A DNA stretch of 62,951 nucleotides from Oligoflexales bacterium (GCA_041736175.1 JBGSUI010000151.1:1-62951), one strand, 5' to 3'. Counted from the stretch's first letter, positions 28,191-38,197 are shown. Translations and numbers: made by a program. The notes: generated from the sequence alone by a model not told the origin.

Positions 28191-29547
28191 CTTTCTACAT
28201 TTTTTAAGAACAACATTTTCTCCTGGGGTTTCCCCATCAGATGCTGAATATATCGATCAATGGATCGATCGCTCCCAGGAACAGTTTTTAGATCGCTTTA
28301 GGGGCAACGTGCTGATGATCCTAGGGGCCATGGAAATAGGAATCTACACCTTTAGTCAAGCGCAATTCAGAAAAGGTCTCCTTATCACCAACGGGATCCT
28401 GCTCTTTTTAGCCCTGATCTCTCCTTATTTAAAAAGGACCTTTAGCTTTAAAAAAATCAATCTCATCACGATTATGCTTACCATCAACAACCTTGGCTAT
28501 GGCTGGACTTTAAAATCCGGTTTAGACGCTGCTCCTACTGTTTCAGGGGCCTCACCTATGGTGATTCTCTACACCATCGGTATAGGCTTCTCTATCATTC
28601 TAAATAGACTAAAGCCTAAATATAATTTAGCTTATTCATTTCTATTTACGTTTTACACGATTTTTATCTATGGATCTTCAGGAATCCAAAAATCGGGCGA
28701 TCTATTGACCCAATTTGTGATCTTGGCAACTTGGAACACCATCGCCTTTGCCATCCATTTTGGCCGTTATCAGGCCACCTTCAGAGCTGCTCTCTTGGAG
28801 AAAAACCAGGAGGATCTTTTTAAAAGAAACGAAAACCTCAAACTAGAGTCCATCAAACACGAACTGGTCCTAGCCCAAGAGATCCAAGATTCCATCTCGA
28901 CCCCCTCTGGATTCACCACAAAAGGCGGCATTTCTGGGTATTTTTTTCAAAAGAAAAGCGGCTATCTTGGGGGCGATTGGATGGGATCCTTTCAAAGCCC
29001 GGGAGGGAACATGTATATCGTGATCGTTGATGCCACGGGCAAAGGGATACCTGCAGCCCTTGTGGTTCATGCCGTCCAGTCCCTTTGGTCCGCCGCCAGT
29101 ACCGAACCAGATTTTGATCCCATAAAATGGATCCATGATGTCAATAAGACTCTTATAACCCTCGGCCAAAAATCGCCACAGACCTTATCCCTCGGTCTGA
29201 TCACAATCGCTGAAAGAACTGTCACCTACGAATCCGCAGGCCATGTTCCCCTCTATTTTATCACAAAGTATGCAAACCAATATGAGATCAAGTCGATGAA
29301 TTCTCGGGGCAATCTCCTGGGGGTCAGCGAAAACCTGCAACTGGTCTCAGAATCTATCGATCTGGACCAAACCGGGAGCCTCTGGGTGGTCGGCGGCACC
29401 GATGGGGTTTTTGTGTCCGGCACGCGCCTGTCACCCCGTGAAGCCAGCTATATGTTACAGAAAATCCAAGAGCGAAAACCGGAAGACCTCCTTGCCACCG
29501 ATGTTGATGACGACAAAATTCTACTCTTATTGGAGAAAGCAGCATAA
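28183..29547 (+). CDS. Membrane PP2C/SpoIIE-family phosphatase (paralogue)
   Basis: Same motifs: AQEIQDS, LGGDW, DATGKG, SAGH, TDGV, DDDK. Confidence 0.85.
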   Translation: MDSFLHFLRTTFSPGVSPSDAEYIDQWIDRSQEQFLDRFRGNVLMILGAMEIGIYTFSQAQFRKGLLITNGILLFLALISPYLKRTFSFKKINLITIMLTINNLGYGWTLKSGLDAAPTVSGASPMVILYTIGIGFSIILNRLKPKYNLAYSFLFTFYTIFIYGSSGIQKSGDLLTQFVILATWNTIAFAIHFGRYQATFRAALLEKNQEDLFKRNENLKLESIKHELVLAQEIQDSISTPSGFTTKGGISGYFFQKKSGYLGGDWMGSFQSPGGNMYIVIVDATGKGIPAALVVHAVQSLWSAASTEPDFDPIKWIHDVNKTLITLGQKSPQTLSLGLITIAERTVTYESAGHVPLYFITKYANQYEIKSMNSRGNLLGVSENLQLVSESIDLDQTGSLWVVGGTDGVFVSGTRLSPREASYMLQKIQERKPEDLLATDVDDDKILLLLEKAA

Positions 29548-30167
29548 AACCAGAAAAAACCCTCCATCAGCTTATTCTAGGAAATCAAAGATTTGTCGAG
29601 GGACTCAGCCTTCGGAGTGCACAGGCCACTATCGAAAAACGGGTCAAGCTCGCCCGTGATGGACAAAAGCCTATCGCCACCGTCCTCACATGCTCTGACT
29701 CTCGGCTGCCGGTAGAAATGATCTTCGACGCCGATATCGGCGACCTTTTTGTGGTCCGCAACGCCGGCAATATGGTCTCAAATTCGGTGTTAGCAAGTAT
29801 GGAACTGGCCTTCCTTAACTTTGGAGTCGACCTCTGCATCGTCCTCGGACATACCCAGTGCGGAGCCGTGGAAACCGCCATCCACTATCATAAGACCCAA
29901 GAGAGTCCTACCAAGCATATCAAACAACTCATCCAATCCATCATGCCCCATGTCGACAAGACCTCCCCCGAGACCAAGGACCTAAACTCTCCCCAATATG
30001 TAAACACCGTGATCCGCCGCAATATCATCAGTAGTTGCGATAAAATTATCGACGGAAGCACACTACTCAGAACTCACAGAGATAAGGGCAAACTCAATAT
30101 CGTAGGGGGAATTTACAATATCCGGACTGGAGTGGTCTCCTTTGACTTACAGCCTCTCCTCGATTGA
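29544..30167 (+). CDS. Beta-class carbonic anhydrase (probable ATA start)
   Basis: Frame open from 29544: IKPEKTLHQLILGNQRFV...GQKPIATVLTCSDSR...RNAGN...GHTQCGAV; GGAG at 29532-29535. Confidence 0.85.
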   Translation: MKPEKTLHQLILGNQRFVEGLSLRSAQATIEKRVKLARDGQKPIATVLTCSDSRLPVEMIFDADIGDLFVVRNAGNMVSNSVLASMELAFLNFGVDLCIVLGHTQCGAVETAIHYHKTQESPTKHIKQLIQSIMPHVDKTSPETKDLNSPQYVNTVIRRNIISSCDKIIDGSTLLRTHRDKGKLNIVGGIYNIRTGVVSFDLQPLLD

Positions 30168-30190
30168 CCCTGGCTCCATGTGGGATGCTT

Positions 30191-31708
30191 CTAGGCAAAT
30201 AGATCGTCGAGTGTGATGATCGAAATGTCTCGGTCCCTTGCCATTTTCTTGCAGGCATCCGTCGCCCCTCCCGAGAGCACCAGAAACAGTTTTTTCGACC
30301 AGTTGTCTCTGGGAAGGGGATAGGCTTTGGATTCTAGCGCCTCTAAGAATTCTTCTCCTTCCGAAAGACCAACAGCAGATCCTTTCCATTTTGCTTCCAG
30401 TATGCGCACCTGCCTATCATCATTACAGGATATGACTATATCAATCTGTGTTTGATTCGGAGTCCAAAAAGTCCCAACTTGAAAGCTGGAACTTCCCAAC
30501 TGGAGCTTGGAAAAAAGTAAGGCCTTGCGATGAGAAGTATTCGTAGCTCCCGCATTAAGTATATTTGTAACCAATAGCTCAAAGGCTTTGCCTGTAAAAT
30601 TTAGAATATAATATCCATTGTCTGAACTAAGGAGGTCGTTTAAAGGCATTCCTTTTCGACTATTGTCTCGTATTTTTGCACTCATAGGTTCGAGTATCTG
30701 AAAGTATGTGTTGAGAAAGAAATCGTCCATATGGTACCGAACACCGGCCTTGTTTCTCTTTTTTTCACCAAATGGAATGAGCTCTTTTATGAGCCCATAA
30801 CTTTCCAGACGGTTCAAAATTTGGTGAACATGAGGGCTAGCGATCCCAGTCACTTTTTCAATTCCAGCCGCTGTCTTACCGCTTTGGCCAAGCGATCCTA
30901 GAACGCGTTTAACGTTTAAAATAGCCCCTTCTCCTGTTGATTCAACTTCAAGAATAGCGTCCACTTCATCAAGAAAAATGGAATCATCCGTAAACGCAGC
31001 ATCATTGATCGCTCTCAAAAAAGGCTTGCTGGCATCAAAACGATCGAGGTAATAGGGAACTCCACCGAACATCATGTATAGAAAGACAATTTGTTCAGCA
31101 TTCCATTTAGGAAAGTAGTAACGTGAAACTTCATCCAGAGTGAAGGGATGGACCCAAAGATCTCCTTTTGTTCGTAGCCCTCGCAGAACGCCTTCTGAAT
31201 GGTCGACCTCAGCTGCGAAAAATCTGTTTGATGAGCCAGAAAGCAAAAGCTTAATATTGATTTTCTTGTGAATTCGTTCCCAAAATTCTTTTATGCAACC
31301 GAGTATTCCAGAATGTTTTTTTGCCAGCCACTGGATTTCGTCAAAGGCAACTAGTAAAGGAAGTTGCGAAATATGGGGTTTCGTGGCCTCGTTTTCTAAT
31401 TCTCTAAGCAGAAAATCCCACGTCAAAGCGTCTCGACGGAGTTTTTTGAGGAAAAGATTTTTCGTGAATTCCATCCAGGCTTTAGCAAAGCGCTCTCGGC
31501 ACAAAGCGTCGGTCTCATCGACTCGACCAGAGAACCGAAAGGCCCTTCCCCCCGCTCCAGAATGCTCTTTTGTCAGCTCCCGAAGCAGCTCTGACTTACC
31601 TATTCTGCGGCGCCCTCTCACGAAAATAAGCTCAGCCCCTTGGGTAGACCAGATTTCATGAAGTCGTTTCAGTTCAGCTTCGCGACCATAAAAGTTGTTT
31701 TGTTTCAT
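30191..31708 (-). CDS. AAA ATPase with C-terminal PD-(D/E)xK nuclease-like domain (archaeal ATPase/DUF234-like)
   Basis: FYGREAEL, GRRRIGKS, FDEIQW, GGVPYYL, QIDIV...EAKW. Confidence 0.85.
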   Translation of the reverse strand: MKQNNFYGREAELKRLHEIWSTQGAELIFVRGRRRIGKSELLRELTKEHSGAGGRAFRFSGRVDETDALCRERFAKAWMEFTKNLFLKKLRRDALTWDFLLRELENEATKPHISQLPLLVAFDEIQWLAKKHSGILGCIKEFWERIHKKINIKLLLSGSSNRFFAAEVDHSEGVLRGLRTKGDLWVHPFTLDEVSRYYFPKWNAEQIVFLYMMFGGVPYYLDRFDASKPFLRAINDAAFTDDSIFLDEVDAILEVESTGEGAILNVKRVLGSLGQSGKTAAGIEKVTGIASPHVHQILNRLESYGLIKELIPFGEKKRNKAGVRYHMDDFFLNTYFQILEPMSAKIRDNSRKGMPLNDLLSSDNGYYILNFTGKAFELLVTNILNAGATNTSHRKALLFSKLQLGSSSFQVGTFWTPNQTQIDIVISCNDDRQVRILEAKWKGSAVGLSEGEEFLEALESKAYPLPRDNWSKKLFLVLSGGATDACKKMARDRDISIITLDDLFA

Positions 31709-32035
31709 TGTGTTAAGCCAAAATTAGATTAAACTTAAGATTAAGGGCACCCGAAGTTAATATTAAGTTTTTTACTGTCCGTTTTCATTAAGTTTATTCG
31801 TTAGTCAATGAAGACTGATATGTATATCATTGTATTTATTGTAAAATAATACCTTAAATTAACTTAAGTGGAAGTAAAAATAAAGTATTGCTTTTTCATG
31901 AGCCTCCGTCACCCATATTATGGCCCGTGAATACCCAAGACCATCATTTAATTGACAGCGTTATCAGCCTGAATTTGTCAAGTAAGCCTCTACATCATCT
32001 ATATCTAATAATTTCATAGGTTTGTTAAATTTTAC

Positions 32036-32062
32036 TAAAGAAATCTAATATATATCCGATAT
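32036..32062 (+). promoter_or_regulatory. Sigma28 (FliA)-like promoter
   Basis: TAAAG-N14-TCCGATAT. Confidence 0.5.
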
Positions 32063-32142
32063 GTGTAATACGCATGTCATTATGTAATTGACATGTTTCT
32101 ATAAGGATTATAGACTATCTAAAGGGGGATTCAAGTGGGGGG

Positions 32143-32592
32143 TTGATCAGGATGGAAAGCAATCTAGAAAAATGCTTCGACGACTTTCATGAGGAAATTA
32201 AGCGTCACTGCAGTAACAGGGTTGTTTTCCGCAAGCATTTTAGAGTCGACTACCAGCATATTGATCGAAAATCTGACTCAGAGGAATTTCGCTTAAATTT
32301 AGGTGATGAAACTTTGGCCGCTATAATACGCGGCGGAACACTCAATTACGATCAAAGCACCAAGCAGGGAAACCGAATAACTCTTGCTTTAGAGGCGAAG
32401 CTAATAAATTTTGAATGGATGACTCTAGGGGACATAGAAAATCAAAAGCCACCTCGGATTGAAGAAGAGGTCTATGTCAGAGCGGTGGTACGCAATGGCA
32501 AACGAGGAATAACTGTTATTGTGACTGCCTATGACCTCTTTAAAAATAACATCAATCATTCTGTGAAAGAGGTGAATCATGAAATCTGGTAA
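32143..32592 (+). CDS. Putative toxin (DUF4258/RelE-superfamily-like)
   Basis: VFRKHF N-terminal and IVTAYD C-terminal motifs; overlaps downstream Zn-ribbon/HTH gene. Confidence 0.45.
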   Translation: MIRMESNLEKCFDDFHEEIKRHCSNRVVFRKHFRVDYQHIDRKSDSEEFRLNLGDETLAAIIRGGTLNYDQSTKQGNRITLALEAKLINFEWMTLGDIENQKPPRIEEEVYVRAVVRNGKRGITVIVTAYDLFKNNINHSVKEVNHEIW

Positions 32593-33127
32593 CAAAACCA
32601 TAAAACTTATTGGGAAAGCATTTGAAGACCACCACAGCACCCCTGATTGTGACGGGAAATGGGAATTAGTGCTAAAAGATCGCGTGCCTTACAAATTAGA
32701 CTCTAGGTTCTTTACGATCCTGGATAAATCTCCCTTTGTTATCTGCAAAAAATGTCATGCTACCTTTTTTGCTCCTGGATTCGAGGAGTGGCTTAGGCAC
32801 AAAGTAGCATTAGATATCTTGAAGCAGCCGGGTTTATTATCAAAACCTCTTCTTAGATTTTTAAGAAACGAAACTGGAAAAACCCAGAAAGAAATTGCAG
32901 AGCTACTTTCAATCACGACAGAAGAATATAACAAGTTTGAATCAGTCAAAAATACGACCAGGCGCCTGACGCCAGACAGGCAGGCTCGTTTAAAAATGAT
33001 CTTTGCTGACCTTCTTGGAATTCAAGATCCAAGCGTACTTGTGAAGATGGGTTACGTTGACGACAATGAGGCAAGAGTCCCCCAAAACGTCAGTGGGGAA
33101 GATTTCGGTAAATTATGCATTGGATAG
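32579..33127 (+). CDS. MqsA-like antitoxin (Zn ribbon + XRE HTH)
   Basis: PDCDG...CKKCHATF; LRFLRNETGKTQKEIAELL...YNKFE. Confidence 0.7.
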   Translation: MKSGNKTIKLIGKAFEDHHSTPDCDGKWELVLKDRVPYKLDSRFFTILDKSPFVICKKCHATFFAPGFEEWLRHKVALDILKQPGLLSKPLLRFLRNETGKTQKEIAELLSITTEEYNKFESVKNTTRRLTPDRQARLKMIFADLLGIQDPSVLVKMGYVDDNEARVPQNVSGEDFGKLCIG

Positions 33128-33182
33128 GATCTTGAGAGCCGCCACACTCGTCGCTGTCAATCTTGAGACCGGCAGGCGCAGT

Positions 33183-33977
33183 TCAAAATTCCGGACTCAA
33201 TCCGGTGACACTTTCGCGTGCCGCGCTACCCAGATCTTTCCATAGGGCCCTAAAGGCGGCTTCTCCCCCAGCCATCCATGCTTCAAGTGAGGCGGTGCCC
33301 ACCACCACATAGTCCGCATGGCCTGCTAGCTTGCGGATATCGTCCCCTGATTTGACCCCAAACCCGACCGCCAAGGGACAATCGGTTTTACGTCGCACTT
33401 GGTCTAGCATTTGATTGAGATCTTGATTAAAAGCACTGGGAGACCCGGTCACCCCCTTGCGGGCGACCACATAGACCAGCTCCCTGGCCCCACTCAAGAC
33501 CCGGTCCGTCCGTGCCCAGTCCCCATGGGGGGCGACTAAACGAATATTAAAGAGTCCCTCCCCCTGGAGAGCCGCCTCATAGGTTTGGCTAAATTCCAGG
33601 GGCAGATCAGGGATGATCGTCCCAACCACGCCGCTCTTTTTAAGCTCCTGGGCAAACTCTCGGTAGCCGCGTTGGTAGGGAATATTGAGGTAGGTCATGA
33701 CTACAAAGTCACACTGGTCCCCATGGGCCTTGACCAGCTCTTGGATCAGATCCAAAGACGACTGGTAGGTCACCCCTCGGGCCAAGGCGCGGTGATTGGC
33801 TGCCAAAAAGACCGGGCCATCTGCTGCAGGCTCCGAAAAGGGAATCTGAATCTCTACGATAGTCGCCCCGGCTTCCACCATCACGGCCACCATCTGGCGA
33901 GTCGCTTCGGTGGACGGTTCGTGGGCGATCACATGCCCCATAAGACCCGTGGAGAATGGTTTTTGTTTGAGTATCAC
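33183..33977 (-). CDS. trpA: Tryptophan synthase alpha
   Basis: EIQIPFSEPAADGPV, MTYLN, IPDLP, GVTG, VGFGV. Confidence 0.93.
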   Translation of the reverse strand: MILKQKPFSTGLMGHVIAHEPSTEATRQMVAVMVEAGATIVEIQIPFSEPAADGPVFLAANHRALARGVTYQSSLDLIQELVKAHGDQCDFVVMTYLNIPYQRGYREFAQELKKSGVVGTIIPDLPLEFSQTYEAALQGEGLFNIRLVAPHGDWARTDRVLSGARELVYVVARKGVTGSPSAFNQDLNQMLDQVRRKTDCPLAVGFGVKSGDDIRKLAGHADYVVVGTASLEAWMAGGEAAFRALWKDLGSAARESVTGLSPEF

Positions 33978-34012
33978 AGGCTCTCCCTCGCTCCGTCAAA
34001 ATATGAGCCGCT

Positions 34013-35317
34013 CTAGGATTTCTTGTCTCTTTTAAGGCGATACCTTGCGACTTTGTGTTCTAAAAATTGCTGCCAAGAAGGATCTTCGAAAGCCTCGGCA
34101 ATGGTGAAGATATCCTTATCGCCACGCCCCGAGAGGTTGATCAAGATCTTAACCTCCCGGCCAGGCTCGCTGGGCTCTAACATCAGCTGTCTGGCATCCC
34201 TAAGGGCCGCAGCGACCGCATGGGTGGACTCCAAAGCACCGATGATTCCCTCCTTAGCCATCATCACCCGGTGGGCAGCGATCACTTCGGCGTCGGTCGC
34301 TCCGGTGACCTGGATCCGCCCCGTCTCAGCCAAATAGGCAATGATCGGCGACACACCCACATAATCGAGACCCGCTGCTACAGAATGGGTGTCGAGCATC
34401 TGGCCATCTTTGGTTTGTAAAAAAAGGCTCTCGTAACCTTGGGCAATCCCCATGGTCCCCTGACCACTGGCCAGGCGCGCTGCGTGCTGTCCTGGAGCCA
34501 TTCCCTTACCCTGGGCCTCAACTCCGATCAGTTTAACTTCAGGATCATTAAGAAACCCCTGGAAGATCCCCAGAGCATTGGAACCACCGCCCACACAGGC
34601 ATAGACGTAATCGGGAAGCCCGCCACCGTGGGCCATCATCTGCTCACGGGCCTCAAGTCCCGTCACGCTTTGCAGCCAGGCTACAAGCATCGGAAAGGGA
34701 TGGGGTCCACAGGCCGTCCCCAAAAGGTAGTGGGTGTCTTCGAAATGACTGGACCAGTCACGCATGGCGGCGTTGATAGCATCTTTAAGAGTCCTGGCAC
34801 CATCCTCGACGGACACCACCTGGGCCCCCAGCTTTTCCATCCAAAAAACATTGGGCCGCTGGCGCTCCACATCTTCGGCTCCCATATAGATGGTCGCCTT
34901 AAGTCCAAATCGGGCTGCCATGGTCGCCGTGGCGATCCCGTGCTGGCCTGCTCCGGTTTCGGCAATCACCCTGGTTTTACCGAGGCGCTTGGCCAGGAGA
35001 CCCTGACCGATCACGTTGTTGATCTTATGGGCTCCGGTTTGGTTGAGGTCTTCCCGCTTTAGAAAAAACTGTACCCCTTCCATAAGTCCAGAAAGCCGCT
35101 TTAGGGGAGTGATCGGTGTCGGTCGACCACTAAACTCTCGCAGCTCCTGGAGGTACTCATCCCAAAAAGTAGGATCATGCATCACCTGCGTCGCCGCCCG
35201 GGTAAGCTCGGTCATGGCAGGCATCAAGATCTCGGCCACATAAGTGCCACCAAACCGGCCAAAATAACCACGGTCATCGGGTGTCAAAACCTTTACAGGC
35301 GGCATCATCGGGGTCAC
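34013..35317 (-). CDS. trpB: Tryptophan synthase beta
   Basis: KREDLNQTGAHKINN, AETGAGQHG, CVGGGSNA, LSGRGDKD. Confidence 0.96.
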   Translation of the reverse strand: MTPMMPPVKVLTPDDRGYFGRFGGTYVAEILMPAMTELTRAATQVMHDPTFWDEYLQELREFSGRPTPITPLKRLSGLMEGVQFFLKREDLNQTGAHKINNVIGQGLLAKRLGKTRVIAETGAGQHGIATATMAARFGLKATIYMGAEDVERQRPNVFWMEKLGAQVVSVEDGARTLKDAINAAMRDWSSHFEDTHYLLGTACGPHPFPMLVAWLQSVTGLEAREQMMAHGGGLPDYVYACVGGGSNALGIFQGFLNDPEVKLIGVEAQGKGMAPGQHAARLASGQGTMGIAQGYESLFLQTKDGQMLDTHSVAAGLDYVGVSPIIAYLAETGRIQVTGATDAEVIAAHRVMMAKEGIIGALESTHAVAAALRDARQLMLEPSEPGREVKILINLSGRGDKDIFTIAEAFEDPSWQQFLEHKVARYRLKRDKKS

Positions 35318-35334
35318 CTCGCTGAATATTGGGT

Positions 35335-35736
35335 TTAGAAGCCACCCTCCGGAGTCCCACCAGACTTGGAAGATGGTTTGTTTTTAGAGGGTGCCGTCTC
35401 CCCCTTATCGTCGGGAAAACTCGACGTAAAGGAGTATGAGCTTATGGTACCGTCTGGTTTCCAGTAAATCTTAAGCTCTTTTGTGTAGCTATCCCCCACA
35501 AGGAAGTAGCGATAAAAGCCGTAGGTCCAGGTGGTGCGTCCACTGGAGCTTCCCACCGACCGAGGCTCGCCGAGGATCATCCGGACATCCTCTTGTTTGG
35601 TATGGCCCTCCTTAAGCCAGGAGGTCTCGGATTTGAAATCGTTTCCCGCAGTCACGCAGCTGGTGGTCCCTGTGAAAGCGCCAGCAGCGAGGGTCCATAA
35701 CAAAAAGGAAGCACGGGTCAGGGTCCGCAGGCTCAT
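35335..35736 (-). CDS. BamE/SmpA-like lipoprotein
   Basis: TTSC lipobox; G.TKQEDVRMILGEP...WTY. Confidence 0.7.
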   Translation of the reverse strand: MSLRTLTRASFLLWTLAAGAFTGTTSCVTAGNDFKSETSWLKEGHTKQEDVRMILGEPRSVGSSSGRTTWTYGFYRYFLVGDSYTKELKIYWKPDGTISSYSFTSSFPDDKGETAPSKNKPSSKSGGTPEGGF

Positions 35737-35869
35737 CTAAAAACTCCTCTATGGCAGGTATCAAAGTAAGACGGTTTTATGGACTAAGACCTTTTCCTCA
35801 CTCCGAGGATCATGATCGGCCTTAGGCTCTTTCTTAACACGCTCTGCTCCAAGAACCTAGCCCAGACAG

Positions 35870-35912
35870 AAAAACGCAAAAACACAGAGCATCGTTGCCG
35901 AGACTCTGTGAT
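35870..35912 (-). terminator. Intrinsic terminator
   Basis: CACAGAG...CTCTGTG stem followed by TTTTTGCGTTTT on the minus strand. Confidence 0.6.
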
Positions 35913-35951
35913 TGCAATTTCCCTAAACAAGAACCCTACGGCGAAAACTTC

Positions 35952-36863
35952 CTAAACACCAGCTCCTGCGTCGTTCCCTGCGGCGATAGATGTCTCTAAA
36001 ACCTCGACTCCGGTGCTAGCAGGCAGGACCACTTTTTGGCCCGTTCGAACGATGTCTTGGAGTTGAAACCCAATTAAAGACTTGGGGACCCAAAATAAAA
36101 CGGCGAGTTCTGATATGATATTCCGTCGAGAATCCAGTTTAGACATCTCTTGGGCTACCATTCCCTTGGGGGCCAAAAGGCTTGCCACAAAGAGGATCTC
36201 TTCGAACTCGATGGTCGTCGCATCCAAAGGACCTAGCTCCGGAAAGCGTGACCTCTCGCCTTCAAAAATAATGCGCGCCAGGTCTTTGGTCATCCCCATC
36301 CGCGTCTGGGGCTTAAGGTCCCCTTTACGGTAGTTGATGGCATAGTGTCCCGGCTTGACCCGCAGGACTCTACTCAGCTTGTCGATCATATCGATCGGTT
36401 GGGCCGAAATAAAGGCAAAATTCCTGAGGACTTCAGGGATGTAGAGCGGTGGCGTCGCAAAATGAGTCTGGCTGTGCAGCATAGCTACAAAGTCCTCGAC
36501 TAACTTGCGTGCAGCTTTGACCCGTTCAGGAGGTAGACTAGCCACCTTCTGATGAATCTGCTTAAAGTTGTGGGACTCTTGCCATTCATAGTAGGCTTCG
36601 TCAAGACCCGCCAACCCGCTCGCCACATCGTGGATGAGTGATGTTTCCACCTCGAGAACTTCTGCCAACTTAGCCAAGCTGAAAACAGAACGGACGTTTT
36701 TTTCGCCGCGTTTCCAATGGCTACAGTCTGATGGGTTAAAGTTAAGGATTGAGCCAACGTCTTGGTCGTTGACTTTGGCTCCCTTTTGGCTCATCAGTAC
36801 CTTCTGGCAGAACTTAAAGAGCTGAACAGAATTAGGAAATTTTACCGCTCCTGAGCGCTTCAT
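35952..36863 (-). CDS. XRE-like HTH regulator with ImmA/IrrE-like (metal-site-less) C-terminus
   Basis: DQDVGSILNFNPSDCSHWKRG; R..MTKDLARI in place of HExxH; FVASLLAP; ATG after GGAGG. Confidence 0.55.
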   Translation of the reverse strand: MKRSGAVKFPNSVQLFKFCQKVLMSQKGAKVNDQDVGSILNFNPSDCSHWKRGEKNVRSVFSLAKLAEVLEVETSLIHDVASGLAGLDEAYYEWQESHNFKQIHQKVASLPPERVKAARKLVEDFVAMLHSQTHFATPPLYIPEVLRNFAFISAQPIDMIDKLSRVLRVKPGHYAINYRKGDLKPQTRMGMTKDLARIIFEGERSRFPELGPLDATTIEFEEILFVASLLAPKGMVAQEMSKLDSRRNIISELAVLFWVPKSLIGFQLQDIVRTGQKVVLPASTGVEVLETSIAAGNDAGAGV

Positions 36864-36944
36864 CGCCCCTCCCGTGGACGCCAAGGCCTGATGCAGGTCG
36901 TTCGGATACACACTAATCAACATTCGTTATATTGGCTTATAAAA

Positions 36945-36974
36945 AATATACAGAGGAACCCGAACCTCTGTCAA
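36945..36974 (-). promoter_or_regulatory. Sigma70 promoter with inverted-repeat operator
   Basis: TTGACA-N18-TATATT enclosing ACAGAGG-N8-CCTCTGT. Confidence 0.6.
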
Positions 36975-37018
36975 GAACCCTCCCTGTAAAATCTGCCCAG
37001 GGGGTCTCAAAATCTGGG

Positions 37019-37615
37019 TCAAGGACGGACCTCAGGAGCTGCAATACCCTTTGGGGCTTGACTTATTTCCCTTGCCAACAAACTTCCACCTAAAGTTCGT
37101 CCGACGATGATTCGGAACATAAAGACATAGACCAGGTACACCAACCCCAGTCCAGCCAGGGCCACCCAAGGGTTGAGTCCCGTCAAAAGGACCACAGGTC
37201 GTAAGGCTAACCACTCACTCAGTCCGAGGGCCAAACCTTTTTTGGTGGCGATCGCACTGGCTAAAACAGCCGCGGTAAACACCACCCAAAGGCTCATAAG
37301 GATCATGACCAGATCTATCATCACCACCTGGACTCTGATCCCTATCCAGTACAAGGAAGACTCCCGAGCAGAACGGGGCGGCGATTGCAAGACAGGGATT
37401 CTCTTGGGGAGGGGGTGGGATTTTTGTACAGAAGTCACCCCATGGGTGGGGCTCGTCATTGGCAGCTTGGACCTGTCGGCTTGGACCAGTGTCCCAAGCC
37501 CCAGTCCTGGACCTACCGCCCTAAAATCAAATACAGCAGCTTCTGCTCCCCCACTTGTCTTTGACGAGGCAAGAGGTAACCTTGCCGGCACCGGACCGTT
37601 GACCATGGACACCAC
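37019..37615 (-). CDS. RDD-like membrane protein
   Basis: R...MIDL + TM helices + GRTLG. Confidence 0.5.
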   Translation of the reverse strand: MVSMVNGPVPARLPLASSKTSGGAEAAVFDFRAVGPGLGLGTLVQADRSKLPMTSPTHGVTSVQKSHPLPKRIPVLQSPPRSARESSLYWIGIRVQVVMIDLVMILMSLWVVFTAAVLASAIATKKGLALGLSEWLALRPVVLLTGLNPWVALAGLGLVYLVYVFMFRIIVGRTLGGSLLAREISQAPKGIAAPEVRP

Positions 37616-37687
37616 CTCCCATTAAGCCAGCAGTTCATGAATCCCTGGTTTGCTCATCATCTGTTAAGAAATCATATCACAGGGTCC

Positions 37688-37714
37688 TTAAGTTTTCGGA
37701 TGATCTGCCGATCA
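37688..37714 (+). promoter_or_regulatory. Sigma28-like promoter
   Basis: TTAAG-N14-GCCGATCA, 7 nt before ATG 37722. Confidence 0.5.
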
Positions 37715-37721
37715 CAACCCT

Positions 37722-38105
37722 ATGGCCCCACCTAAGAAAAAAACCGACATTCAACTCGAGGCTTTTCCCCTCTCTCAGGTGAGCTTTTATTTTGACCAAG
37801 TGGAACGTGACCGCATGGACTCCCTCGGAACCAGCAACCGTACCAAAGAGATTATGGAGATCCGAAGCCGGCTCCTCACCCTCCCCGATGGCCAATTCAA
37901 GTCCACCGTCCGCGCGGTCCAAGGCATCATCGAAGCAAAAGTGGACCCGGCACCCCACGCTGCTGGTTCTGCAGGTCAAAAGAGCCAAAAAGGAGACCCA
38001 AAAAACCCTGGCTCCCCAGACGACCCTGATCAGCTTGAAGACGAACTAACCCCAGCAACCGTGGCACTCCTCCAGTCCCAGGGGCAAAACTCGCAAAAAT
38101 CCTAA
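37722..38105 (+). CDS. Hypothetical protein
   Basis: 127-aa ORF followed by hairpin + T-tract (about 38118-38152). Confidence 0.6.
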   Translation: MAPPKKKTDIQLEAFPLSQVSFYFDQVERDRMDSLGTSNRTKEIMEIRSRLLTLPDGQFKSTVRAVQGIIEAKVDPAPHAAGSAGQKSQKGDPKNPGSPDDPDQLEDELTPATVALLQSQGQNSQKS

Positions 38106-38197
38106 GTTGGTTGACTATAACCGGCGGAGGCTCGCCAAGTGGTTTTTTTTTTGCGATAACCACTTGAGGTAAATGCTTGGAAACCCAGGAGGCCCCC

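Noticed and set aside
31710..32140. AT-rich stretch with TTAAG motifs as a replication origin
   Set aside because: No DnaA-box cluster or iterons recognised; it is explained as a divergent promoter region.
33183..35317. Isolated trpBA as evidence of indole salvage
   Set aside because: Split trp operons are common and the rest of the genome is not visible.
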